From Chrysomallon squamiferum (taxonomy: Eukaryota; Animalia; Mollusca), in assembly GCA_012295275.1 (NCBI GenBank), contig CM022665.1:46190001-46254000 (forward strand): a stretch of DNA of 64,000 bases. Direction: 5' to 3'. Shown piece by piece: positions 1 through 16,270 of this stretch; within the stretch, counting starts at the first letter, position 1, and the number at the start of each line of letters is the position of its first letter. The position numbers and the translations under genes were made by a program. The notes below the pieces were generated by a model, which saw only the letters and a program-made list of their open reading frames with translations, had not been told where the DNA came from and ran no database searches.

Positions 1-2454
1 ATATTAATTAGAACATATGAAACAGTTCACTACAACGAAACAACCAGTGCAAAGTTATAAACATTAAGAAAGCCTGTTAATGACTAATGTGCACCATGTT
101 CAATTTATGAATACTTTATTAATTAGTATCTCAAATGTTAATATAATGTGTAGTCAGAGTCAACATTATTATTCATTCTGTATCAAACACAGAAGGTAGG
201 TGTATGAAAAATGTATGAATGTACACATTGGCTATACATACCTATATATGTCTATCTTTTTCATATTTCTATTTTTTATTCAGTTATATTTTATGTTATA
301 ATTAATAATCTTTTTTTTTAACTTTTATTTAACTGGACACAATGATCAGTACATGTCTGGGTGAGTAAGACTTTAAACAACATGAAAGGGAAGATAACTG
401 TGTAGTGGTAGAAAACAACTGAACGAAAAGACAACAAAGACTGAAGTTAATATTATATTTTATTGAGGGATATTGCCTTTCATACAATTTACTTCTTCAT
501 ACCTCTTCAAGTCGTACGTAAGTATTCCTATCAGAGGGCACACATATATACAACAAACACCACTGTCAAACAAAGCCGTCACGATTTCACCTCATCATGA
601 AGCATTTGTAATTAGTTATACATTTTTGCTCTTTAGCATATCATAATAAAAAATAAATTGAAATGCATGTGAGAGTTGCCACATCTTTAATAAAAAAAAA
701 AAAAAAAAATTTATATATTATATAATTTTTATTTTTTAACATATAACTTAATTTTAACTTTATAGTACAAAAAAATAATTTCATCCATTTTTTTGTGGCT
801 CTGTACTCTGAAACATTATTTGTCAAAACATTTACACAATTTATATATATATTTTTATAAAATTATGTATGCATAATTTGGACAATTATCATTATTTTCG
901 TAATTTATTTATTTGTTCTCCAATTCTGTTGCAATTAATAAAATTTGAATGTTTTTAATTTTATTCACTAATATTTGTGCTCTACATGGATTTTTAATCT
1001 TTATTTTCATAATTTATAATTTTTTATTTTTTTTTTACCTTTTGTATGCAATTTTAAATTTCTCAGTGTGTTTTTTTAAAAAAATCTATTTCACCGATAT
1101 TTTCTGAATGCCACGATGAAGGTGTCTTACCAGCGATGGGTTTGTTTGCCAGTGTTGTCATGGAAACCTTGGAGGTAAAACTTAACATGTATAGCGGCAT
1201 CTTGTCTTCTCAACTCAGGGGAAGAGCCACAATATTACCTACAAAGCAGAATGTACGTGGTGTACAAAGTGTTCAACAATAAGCAGAACGGGAAAACCAG
1301 TGCTCCGACCAAGGCAGTCAGAACGTAATGTACGGTTTTCCAGTGGACGCACACACACAGTATCATTGAGCATTTTTAAAACCTTTTCTTCTTAGCTTAA
1401 ATGTCCCTATATACAGATGAAAATCTCCCAGCTAAAACTCAGTTGTTGTTTGTTTTTTGTTTTTTTTAACAACACCCTGATTCACACGAGCTCTCACAAG
1501 AAGAATGGAAAGGTTTTGTTTTTTTTTTAAACAGGGGGAAGGGGAAAAGATCAACACGGAGGCAATTACAACATAGCTGATACAACAGAGGTCTCCATTT
1601 GATGGAGGAACAATTAACAGTTAGCCAGTCAGAAAGCAACAAAGAACAAATCAGCTAGAACTAGTTTTCAGTTTTCTCTTGGTTGTTGTTTTCAGTTTCT
1701 TTGTCGTGTTTTGGTTTCTTTTGTTCCACCTTTTTTAAATTTTGTTTTTGTATATATTTTTTTGTAATTATTTTTATTATTATTATTTAGCTTTACTGCA
1801 CCAAGGCTTTTGAAATATCGGTTAGAAAATTTCAGAATTTTTAATTTCTCATTGTTTTTTTTTTTTGAAGGAGTCCACAGAATATTTAGTTCTCTGTGTT
1901 TGAGAACCTTTCAGTTGGTTTCATGGTTTGTGAAGTGCAAAAATAGCAGCGTTATTGAATGTTTAGTAATTTTCAGCATAAATTGTAAAAATATATCATC
2001 TAACTTTTATCAAAAATAAGATTTCTTTAAATTCGAAATATATTTTTTAACACTTTTTAACAATTAAAAAAAAAAAAAAAAAAAAAAAATTGATAGTAAT
2101 AATTAAAAAAAAAAATTTAAAATAAAAAAAAAATTTTTTTTTACAAACATACTGGAAAATTACCTTGCATAATTTTTGTTATTTTTGCATTTTATTTTAT
2201 CTTTGCAATTATTGTGCATTTATAAACCATCCCATGTTACCCTGGTTATTATGTTTCAATGAAAGACATTCTTTCAAGTTATGCGAGACGTAGTAATAAT
2301 CGTCAGATGAGACAAGTTTATGATCATCTGCACTGATCACAAGACAGTCTTCTTTTCACATCCTTAATTGATAGTGTCTTTTTTTAAATTTTTTGTTGAG
2401 GCACTTTAGGAGTCCAGAGTTATCACAAATAATAAGAGTTACGTCCCCTTTATG

Positions 2455-2880
2455 CTATACATAAACGGGGGCATTTGACTCAGGGTCCTGCATAATTGGG
2501 TACGGATGTCCTCCGTCGTCGAAGAAACGCCGAAATGTGAACTCGAAGAAGGCGTGATGATCGGGGTTCTTCCCGTTCTCGTATTTCGAGTCAATTTTTT
2601 TCGAATCCTCCGAATCGCCGTTGATCAACTTGTCGGGGTCGACGGGGTCGAAATTGGACGTGTCCGTGGCGTAGCGGATTGTGGGGATGTACTTGGCGGG
2701 CTGCCTCCTCAGGCCGTCGAAGTTGATGTCGGAGAAGAACGGGTGCTTCTTCACTTCCATCGCTCCTTTGCGGCCCAGCCGGTCCTCGGCGTCGCAGCAG
2801 AGTCGCAGGATCAAGTCGCTCGCCTCTGGGGACAGTTTGCTTTCTGGTGGAATCTTCAGTGTTTCTTGCCAGTTTATAAC
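2455..2880 (-). CDS. LATS1: LATS/Warts serine-threonine kinase, last coding exon (end of kinase domain, AGC C-terminal tail)
   Basis: Acceptor ttgcag|GTT at 2881-2882. Translates VINWQETLKIP...TDTSNFDPVD...HAFFEFTFRRFFDD (LATS hydrophobic motif)...PVYV, then TAG at 2455-2457. 426 nt, phase 0. Confidence 0.95.
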   Translation of the reverse strand, partial: VINWQETLKIPPESKLSPEASDLILRLCCDAEDRLGRKGAMEVKKHPFFSDINFDGLRRQPAKYIPTIRYATDTSNFDPVDPDKLINGDSEDSKKIDSKYENGKNPDHHAFFEFTFRRFFDDGGHPYPIMQDPESNAPVYV

Positions 2881-2889
2881 CTGCAACGA

Positions 2890-3085
2890 AAACACAGATT
2901 GAAGACAAATTCAGCACACTATTTAACAAAATGCAAAAACCGTATAACAGTTCTTTTAACACAGATCGAAGACAAATTCAGTGAACTTGTGCTAGCACAC
3001 AGTTTACAAAATACAAAAACCGTCTAACAGTTCTTTTAACAAACAGTTTTCAAAATACAAAAAACTGTCTAACAGTTCTTTTAAC
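2890..3085. repeat. Degenerate tandem repeat abutting the LATS last-exon acceptor
   Basis: acacagat.gaagacaaattcag x2 and aaaatacaaaaaccgtctaacagttcttttaaca x3. Confidence 0.8.
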
Positions 3086-3570
3086 ATTTCAGCAGGTTTT
3101 AATGTCAGTTAGAGATGTTTTCTTTTTCTGTGGTACATAATGGCAAGTGTGAATTATTCTGCATTTGACAACTTTTGTTCTTTATCATCAAGGCATTTTT
3201 CACACTGACATGCCAATGTCAAGAAAACCAAAAACATTACTTACATATATATATATATATTCATTAACTTATAATGGCATGCCGTTATATGTGAAAAATA
3301 TTTAACTACATTAAATTTATGCCCCTAATGCAGAAGAAGAAGAAAAAAAGAAATTCAAAGAGGATTCCATTATAAGTAATTCAGACCTGAAAAAACTCAT
3401 GCCATTGTTATTGAGAGAATATGTAGTGTTTAATACATGTGAAAAATGTTTAAATTAGTTAAGTCTGTTCTACTGCTGAACATCTGTCCATTTCTTACAA
3501 CCATAACATGATAAAGTTCACTTTAGTTCTGCACATTAGTGAGAGAAAAAAAAATCGAATGAACTGCTTA

Positions 3571-3765
<195 letters not shown>

Positions 3766-4343
3766 TTACACACTACGTTTCAGTACATTTATTTTTTATT
3801 TCCCCAGGAGTTTGTTAATTATGCATGAATTTGACACATCAGTGTTTAATAATGCCACAAGTTCAAGCATCACTATTTCCTAAAACTTTAAAAAAAAATA
3901 TATAAAAATCCATTTGTGAAGTGAGTGCATAATCTTATAGACTAATTTTACGCCATTCTTGGGGTAAAGAACACTGCAAAATATGATTTTGAACAGAAAA
4001 CATTACTCACACATTAAACTGACAAATCTTTACAATTATAAACTATTTTTATTAATACTTTTATTCATAAAATAAACTATTTGTTTCCTTTTTTTCCTGT
4101 CTGTCATTCACTGATTGGAAACAAATATCCTTTGCTCTGAATAAAGATAAATGAAAATGCAAATGAAAAAAACTTACTGGAACTAATAAAACACAAAAAC
4201 TTACTTTCTTTTTAACACTGACACAAACAACAAACCACAACTTAAAAAAAAAAAAAAAAAGTAAAATTTAAAAAAAAAAAAAATGTTTTAAACGAAAGAA
4301 GTCAAATTTAAAGGTTTTTTTTTTTTTTTTTTTTTTCTGGTAC

Positions 4344-4520
4344 CTTGTCGTAACAAGACTTCAGGTGCGATGTAGTTTGGTGTCCCCACAAGAGAGTGAG
4401 CCAAACAGCGCAGTCCTTCACGTTGACGCCGTCGCTCCAGTGGTTTTAAAATCTCACATTTGCATCTCTCGTCAAGATTACAGTTCACCTCCATGGAATC
4501 TTGGTAGGCATGCACACCAT
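4344..4520 (-). CDS. LATS1: LATS/Warts coding exon 4 (activation segment)
   Basis: tttcag|AT GGT ... CAA G|gtacca. Encodes LKPLERRRQREGLRCLAHSLVGTPNYIAPEVLLRQ, the NDR/LATS activation loop. 177 nt. Confidence 0.95.
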
Positions 4521-5179
4521 CTGAAAAATAAAAAAATAATTTTTTATTTTTATTTTTTTTTAATTTAATTTAATTTAATTTAAAATTTAATTTAATTTAA
4601 TTTAATTTAATTTTATATTTATTTAATTTAATTTAATTTAATTTTATTTATTTATTTTTAAAAAAATCTTTTTATTTTTATTTTTTTATCTTAATTACTC
4701 CTGACAGCTGCAATAACAAAATATTTGCAAAATTTTGGAAAATGACTTTGCAAGATTAAAAAGGAAATAAGATTCAAATAATTAATCTCAATAATCTTTC
4801 AGTGTACAAAATGACTTTCACAGACTGAGTTACTAACAAATTTGTTGACCAGTTTTCTGATTTCTTCAGAAATTATAAAACCAAAATTAAAAATATGTAC
4901 AGTTTTTCACCTATACTAAAATAAAATTAAAAATAATAATAAAAAAAATATAAAAATATATAAATATAAAAAAACACTAATAATAATATGTTTAAACTGT
5001 TTGTGTGATTCTAAATTTGGTTCCAACATTTTTTTTTGTTATTTATTTATTATTATCATCTCTTTTTTTCATCGTTTTGTAAAATACTTTTATCTTTTAT
5101 AAAAAAAAGCAAAAATTCATTAATTAGAATGCTGAAAAAACAATAAAAACCACTCAATCATGTAAAATAAATAAATAGA

Positions 5180-5272
<93 letters not shown>

Positions 5273-5405
5273 TCTATATAGATATATCTATATCTATCTA
5301 CCTATCTATCTATCTATCTATATATACATACACATACATAAACAAACAAACAAATATAACCAATAATAAACAAAAATATAATTTAAATTTTTTTTTTTAA
5401 TTTTA

Positions 5406-8397
<2,992 letters not shown>

Positions 8398-8694
8398 CTT
8401 CAACGAGGCAAAAACAGAAACGGTTTTAACAAATACGGCGAGAATTTCAGTTACTGTCAACACAAACTGCAAAACACCTTTTTTTATTTATAATATATAT
8501 TTACCAAAAATACCATAGTTAAATAAATATAAGAACATTTTTTTTAATACAGTATCTGATAGTTAGAATACTCAAATACTAAATAGTATTTTTTTTGTTA
8601 GTAAATGATGGAAAATGGTTTTACAAGTTACTCAAAACATGCAATCATGAGGTTTAAAACTGAACAAGAAATTGGTGAGTGTGACTGTAAGTAC

Positions 8695-8815
8695 CTGGTG
8701 TGTGTCTGCTTATCCCATTCTTGCCCCCTTCTGGCAGCAACAGCTGATGAATACACTCTATTGCAGCTTCCACGCTCCTGTTGTTACACATTTTCAAACC
8801 TCGACTTGCTATTTC
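8695..8815 (-). CDS. LATS1: LATS/Warts coding exon 2 (C-terminal half of UBA domain); not in the ORF track
   Basis: tttcag|GAA ATA ... CCA G|gtactt. Encodes EIASRGLKMCNNRSVEAAIECIHQLLLPEGGKNGISRHTP, resembling the LATS UBA NNRSIEAAIE. 121 nt, phase 0->1 matches neighbours. Confidence 0.9.
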
Positions 8816-9250
8816 CTGAAACACAGAGATACCAAGTATTAAACCAACTATATTTAAATACTGTCAATTGGTCAAAATAAATTTAGTTCTAAGATGAACT
8901 CACCATTTCCTGAAACACAAACACAGAGATACCAAACCAAGTATTAAACTAACAATGTTTAAGCACTGTGAATTGGTCAAAACAAATTTAGCTGTAAAAT
9001 CAGTTGTGTCATTTTCAAACCTCAACTCACCATTTCCTAAAACACAGTCACAGATACCAAGTATTAAACTATAACTAAATACTTTCATTGTTAAAGAAAA
9101 TTCAGCTGTAAGATCAGTGCGCCACATCATTTTCAAACCTCAATTCACTATTTCCTAAAAACACAGACACAGACAGATACCAAGTATTAAACTATAACTA
9201 AATACTTTCATAAATTCAGCTGCAAAATCAACTGTGGGCCACATCATTTC
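8789..9250. repeat. About 110-120 bp tandem repeat (4 units) that includes the LATS exon-2 acceptor
   Basis: cattttcaaacctc....atttcct(g/a)aaacacag...agataccaagtattaaac repeated near 8789, 8898, 9010 and 9128. Confidence 0.9.
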
Positions 9251-10786
9251 TTAATTTCTTCTTTTTTCCCCCATTTCTGCCACTACTTTACATTTCAGAA
9301 GTAAAGAATAACTGAAATGTTTATCATTTCATCTATTATTATTGTTAAAAATATGTATTAAACCTTATAATATTCAAAGTTATTCAGTTATCATAAAACA
9401 AACACTTCATAGTTAAGTACCTCCTGCAAGTGTTAATATATAATCTGAGTTAAACAAAAAACCATTAATTCTCTATCAACAAGTAAGAGTAAATATTTCA
9501 TATAAAATTTCAGTTATTATTTATAAAACAAAACACCATCAGCTGTAACAGTAATTTATTCCAGTATCCACTTTACAAAAAAATAACATTACATTAATAA
9601 AATATTTTATTACAGATATCATTTTCATTTTACAGTAAAATATATCAATATTATTTTAAAAAAAAAAAAAAATTAAAAAAAAATTACAAAAGATTTCATA
9701 AACAAAAACAACATACTTTTTAAAATTTATTATTCATGATGGTTATAATACCCTGTATTTAAAGTTTAATATATTTCCTTTAAACACACACACACACACA
9801 TATGCGTGTGCACGCATGCGCAAACACACACACACACACAAAATGGTTTATGTCATACAGCAGATTGTTCAAATAATAATCAGACAAAGAGGAGTTAAAA
9901 AAAAAAAAAAAATATTACATTTTTCTGAAATAATTTATAAGAATTAAATAAAAAATAAAGTATCACTAGAATTCTACAACTGTAATTGCTATGCAGTATG
10001 CTGGATTTTTTTAACCAAATTAAAGTATTTGCACTTGATCAACTGGTTTAAGGAGTGGTCCCGTAGAATGTAAATTTCAAGAAAAAACTATTCTATATAA
10101 TAACAATGTCAGATCTACGACAGTATTAATAATTTGATTTATTTTGTCTGCACTGAGATTGTTCTATACAAAAAACATGGTTAAAAAAACAAAAAAATAC
10201 AACAAAAAACCCCAACAATATGAGTATTATCTTGTAGTAGAAATACCAAGATATAATTTTTTTTTTTTTTTTTTTTTTTTTTCTATTTTAATAATAATTT
10301 ATATTAAAGCTCAAAAAATAAAATAAAATAAAATAAAATAAATACAAAACTCAACCTAAACTGTGTTTTCAGATTCTATATAAAAACACACACACACACA
10401 CACACTGTAATATTTGTTTATATATATATATTTTTTTTATTTATACAAATCAGACATAATCTGAAATATGTTATACAGCTAGTCACTTTTTCTTTATGAT
10501 ATCTACATTTATATACACATATTTCTTTTAACATTAATTCTGCAAACCTGAATCAAAATAACCTGCTCATGAACAAAATAATGATTAAGACACTGACTTT
10601 AAGCACTGGAATCGTGGCTGTTATTTATAGAGTTAATTGCAGTGGGGTGAACACTTCCCAGACCCCATTTTTCTCTCTGATTCTATAATTCAATAACTAT
10701 GCAATCATTCTGAGTAGAAAAGCCTGAATGTCCTAGGTCAGTTTTAAAAAGATTTTTCTTCACACACACACACACCACACACACAC

Positions 10787-10827
<41 letters not shown>

Positions 10828-12472
10828 TATCTAACAAGATTAATTTTACTACTGCATAACTGAAAATAATTATTTTCAAAGCATAATGAAATTTAAAATT
10901 ATACAATTACTTTTTTTTAATTGTATGTTAAGTAACAACATCACAACAAATGATTCATTGTTTGAATAGTGTGAAAACAACTAACTTTAGTAATACTGAG
11001 CTAAATAGAGAACCATGATTAACAGTGATTAATAAATAAGTCACTTTAAGGACATTGCTGATTTATGACATCATACATCTTAACTTTAAACCACTGTAAT
11101 GATGTCCAGTCACATATTCTATATCTGGTGTTATTTTATTTATAAATAGGTGCATTTGTGTTATTGACAATACTGACAATGAAATCAAGAAACAAGCATA
11201 AGAAAATCTTTGTAAAAGTGCATCTGTCTAGTAAGTGTATTGTCTGTCATTTTCAGGTAATTAATGAAAGATTTTTTAATATTGTTAAGATCAGTGTTCA
11301 AAAACAAATACTAACTTAGAACAAATAAAATATGATAAAAAAAAAAATAAAATAAAATAAAAAGAAATTTAAATATTTAAGCTTTGTGGGTTTAGTTCTA
11401 TGATAATATATAAAGAATAAGCAAATTAATAATAATAAAAAAAGTTTACTGATACTGTTCAAAACTTTCTGATTGCCTTCTTAAAGGTATTTAACTGTGT
11501 TTATTGTCTGATAATCAGCAATGAATTATCACTGACTGTAACACTTAAAAATATTTAATATTAAGAAAGGAACAACATTAAAAACAATAAAATTGTAAAA
11601 TAAAGTATTTCACTCTTTCTTAAACAAAAACAAAATTAAAAAGATTAAAACCTCCAAGCATTTTAAAGCATATGCTTCTTCAACAAGTACTGTAACTATT
11701 CTATTACACAACTTTTTAAAAACCATAAATATACACTGACTAAAAAGATAAGTAACAAGTAAAATATTAAATATATTTTTCTCATTTATTTTATTCAACA
11801 GTAGTTTGTATCTCTAAAATGTGTGTGTGTGTGTGTGTGTGTTTGTGCTGAGATTGTTGAATCCAAGGTAGTCTCACCATGCAGTGTACTACTACTACTA
11901 ACTGTAGCTGTGGTATGTGGCAGGCAGGCAGAAGCCAGGCAGCAGTCAATAAGGACATAGCTGCACAATTACAAATATATAGGTTATGTAAATCAGCCAG
12001 GCATGAATAGCACAGAGATATCCCACATTCCTTGTAAATGACACGACAGGTTGGTCTATTGAACTTCAGCAGGCCGTCCACAATTACCTGGCTTGGTGCG
12101 AGTGAATCACAACACACTACATACATAAACACACACACAGCCAGCCAGCCAGCTAGGCAGCCAGTCAGTCCCTCCTCCCTAGCACAACTTCCCAAAGCCT
12201 GGCAGGCAGGCAGGCACTGCAGTGGTAGTGTAGTGGTGGTGGTGGTGGTGTGACCTCACTTCACTTAGCTACCAGCACTGCTGGGGAATGCTCCTCAACA
12301 AAACAGGTGCAAATAAATACAAGTACGGGTAATCGCGTTCTGACTAATAGACATTCCACTGAATGATGGCAGTGAGAAACTAAGAAAACATAAATACATA
12401 CATACCTACACACATACATACAAACATACATACATACCTACATACAAACATACATATATATATATATATGTG

Positions 12473-12505
<33 letters not shown>

Positions 12506-13858
12506 TTGTACACACATACTCACATATGTAACATACTAAGAGACATTACTAACATTACAAAGATAACATAACACAGATATATATTACACACACACACGTG
12601 ACATAAAACATAGATTTCAGACAAGTACGGATTACTGATATATATCTGTGGATTACAAACATACACACAAAACAGATATATTAAAAATACGATACAATGC
12701 ACAGATAAATCTCGTTGTCAAAAACGCTCATCCGAGGTTTGTAGAGCTGCAGGATCAGTACTTTTCAGTGTATCATTAGGGCTGTTCCAGTATTTTTATA
12801 TCACACTTCTTTAACAAATGCCTTGCCTCATATACATTAAATTTCCTTGTTGCTAATTGAAAAGTGCAGGCCACAGAAGTAAAAAGGTTTTGATTTTCTC
12901 TTACGACTTGTATTATGATAAGGAAGTAATATGCATAAGACTTAAATAAACATTAATATTCAAATGCTGTAGGTTGTTGTTAGACAGAATTTCATTCATT
13001 CACGCACTGTTCTCTCTATATATACATGTTCATACATGTATACATGTACTGAGAACAACTGATACAGAAATGAATTAACCTTTAGTGTCAGTTTCCCCTC
13101 AGTTATTTCAAATATGTGCCAGTCACAGTTACGTACAATTAAATACAGCAAACATTAATACCTCCATTCACTACCAGTTAAATAATGGTTTTCTTATGTA
13201 TGCAGTATTTTGGTTTTTTAGCATTGTTAATACAATCCTTTATTTTTTTTTTTGTAGGGCACCTTTTACAACAACAACAAAAAAAAAAAAAATCCATTAA
13301 TCTTAAATACTATTATTATTCTGTGTAAAAAAAAAAAAAAAAAAAGGGTATTATTTTGAAGGATCTGGAAGTTTTTAAACTTAGGATTTGTGTTTATATT
13401 CATTATTTACTGCTTTATCAACACTAGTATTTTATGTTTTCTTTGGGCAAACAGTGTCTTCAAATTTTAAAAGGATTATATGTCATTATTAATGGCAATA
13501 AAAAAAAATAAATAATAATAATAATAATAATAATAATATATTAAAACAAAAAAATTTTTTATTTTTTATTATTTATTTTCATTTACTGCTGTGGATTTTT
13601 TTGGGGGAGGGTTTTGGTTTTTATATGGGTATTTGACTAAATGAATCCATATATAAATTGTAAAATATTAAAATGTAAAGGTAAAGGAAAAAAATATGTG
13701 CCAGAATGAAATATATTTTCTTAAAACTACAGTGCTACTGACAATATCGCAAGACTGTTTCAGCTGTCATAATCATGCTTATACATTCACAAATTTGCAC
13801 ATAATTACAAAAATCTCATATATATATATAAATTCATATTCTCCTTACATGAACTCTA

Positions 13859-13893
<35 letters not shown>

Positions 13894-14509
13894 CTCACAG
13901 ACAAACCCTACACCTTCATATACCAACATGTATTATATAAATGCACACCAATTCAAATATATGAAAAAATGTCTACAGTGGCCAGTCATGTTCATAAGCT
14001 ATTACAGAGTAAATAAATATTTCAACACTGTGTATTGATTTTTCCAGCTAGCACAATGCGGTCAATACATTTATAGATGTATGTATGTGTAAGTGTGACA
14101 GTACAGGTTTACAAAGAAGTAGCTACAACCTGCCTAAGTGATATATCTGTAGTTAATAACATAGTGAAGTAAACTTACACAGATGTGTGTGGCAGTGTAG
14201 ATTTTCTCATCATGTAGTTTGCATATAAAGAGATGATTACACAAGTCATTGACACAGGACTTATATTTAATTTACATTGATAAATATAACAGTAACATAG
14301 TCTGATCTTTATATATGTAAATAAATAAAATATAAATTAAACACACATACATAAAATGCTGTTATACATTTTCTATTTTCCCTATCCAGATGAAACAGCA
14401 TTATTCTTAGATTTGTTGGCTGATTGTTTTTTTTTTTTTTTATAATGACAATATTTCCTATCAAATAAATCAGAAAGGAAATACATTGAAAGTATTAATT
14501 AAATATATA

Positions 14510-14810
14510 TCTCAGAAAGCTGATACAGAGCTATGTGACATAGAGCTATATATATATATATATACAGCAGTATCAGATACAGTTATATCAGATGTATGGC
14601 TATACCTCATACAGAACAGCATCAGACACAGCTAAATCCAAAGCTATAACATACATACAGAGCATTATCAGATACAGAGATATGTAAGATAAACAGCTAT
14701 GTAAGATACACCTGTATCAGATACAGAACTATGTAAGATATAGATGGCTATGTAAGATACACACCTACATCAGATGCACAGCAATGCAGCTGTATCTGAT
14801 ACAGAATTAT
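14510..14810. repeat. Degenerate minisatellite in the LATS intron
   Basis: Repeated tatcagatacaga.ctatgtaagata motifs. Confidence 0.75.
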
Positions 14811-14994
14811 TCTAGGTTATAGGGCTGCAGAGAGATAAGTTTTTTAAAAACACCACATTTTTTTAAATTATGCTTTATATGACTTTGAGTGATTAAACTA
14901 TACACACCAAAAATTACTGCTGAATTCCTTAAAATTGAGAAATTCTTTTGTCACATTTAGATTATAAGTATATTGCAACTCGGCTATATAATTT

Positions 14995-15030
<36 letters not shown>

Positions 15031-15618
15031 AGCAAATGGCTTATAAAACTATAGCAGTTATACTTCTGAGTTACAACCATAAAAATATTCTTATACAAAG
15101 ACAAAAACATGAACATAAATATCAGTTTCTGGCAAATAAAGGCCAAGACAGAATTAGCAGCATCCTGCAAAGAAGGCATGGAAGGGGGGGAGTGAGGAAA
15201 TGAGATTCAGTGGAGGGGAAGGCAGCAAGAAGAGGGTGGATAGATATGCAAGTAAGTGGAATGATAAAAGAATTCCCAACAGGATGAGACAATGGGAAAT
15301 AGTTGCCCAGCAGAGAGACCTGGGTATTTATAGCAACACGTTCTCATGACTCTGACATTTTTGAACCAGTAGCCGGAAACACATCAGATGATAACAAATA
15401 ACCAAGAACTGGCAAAGTTTCAAGTCAAAATTAATTACTGCACTGTTAGTTACATCATTTTCATACAGTTTTTCAGTAGTCAGTGAAACGAAATGATTTA
15501 ATATAAAATGTTGTTTTGTTGTTGTTGTTTTTTGGGGGGGGTTTCAAACTGTTTACTGTTGGCATGTTTCTGATTTACATTTTTTGTTGCCGAGTCACTG
15601 GGTGTTTTTTTCAATATA

Positions 15619-15653
<35 letters not shown>

Positions 15654-16079
15654 AATAGCAGCAAGAGGTTTAAGTACCTTCTTAAATAAACATAAAAAAT
15701 ATATACTGTGATGTTTGATAAAAAAAAAAAAAAAAAAAGGTTGCAGAGTAATGACTGAATGGTAAATAGGTTTCATTGGAAATGACAAGGAGTACTGATC
15801 CTAGGACCAAACACACCTCAGGCCTCAGAATACCACATATTCTATAAAAACCTTTATTTATTTGATTATTTATTTGTTTTATAGCTTTTGTTTTGGATTT
15901 TAATACTTTTTTTCTGGGGTTTTTAATTTAAATACTTATTGAGTATCAGTTTCTGGGTGAATATTTTATAATAGGAATTATAATTTATATTTTTTTTTTG
16001 GTTTAATTATACTATATATAATCAGATTATAAAATTAAAAAATATTTAACATCTTTTAATTTTTTTCTCATTTTTTTAT

Positions 16080-16270
16080 ATAATAATAATAATTGGAAAA
16101 GCTTGTAGTTTGTACTGAATTAGAAAAGCAGTAGCAAATAAGCAAAGCTAGAAAAAAAAAGATAAAAAAATCCTTAATGTTTTTTGATTTTTAAATAATA
16201 ATAATAACTGGAAAAGCTTATAGTTTGAGCTGAATTAGAAATACAGTAACAAATAAACAAAGCTAGAACA
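16080..16270. repeat. About 115 bp tandem duplication
   Basis: aataataa.tggaaaagctt.tagtttg..ctgaattagaaa..cagta.caaata..caaagctagaa x2. Confidence 0.8.
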
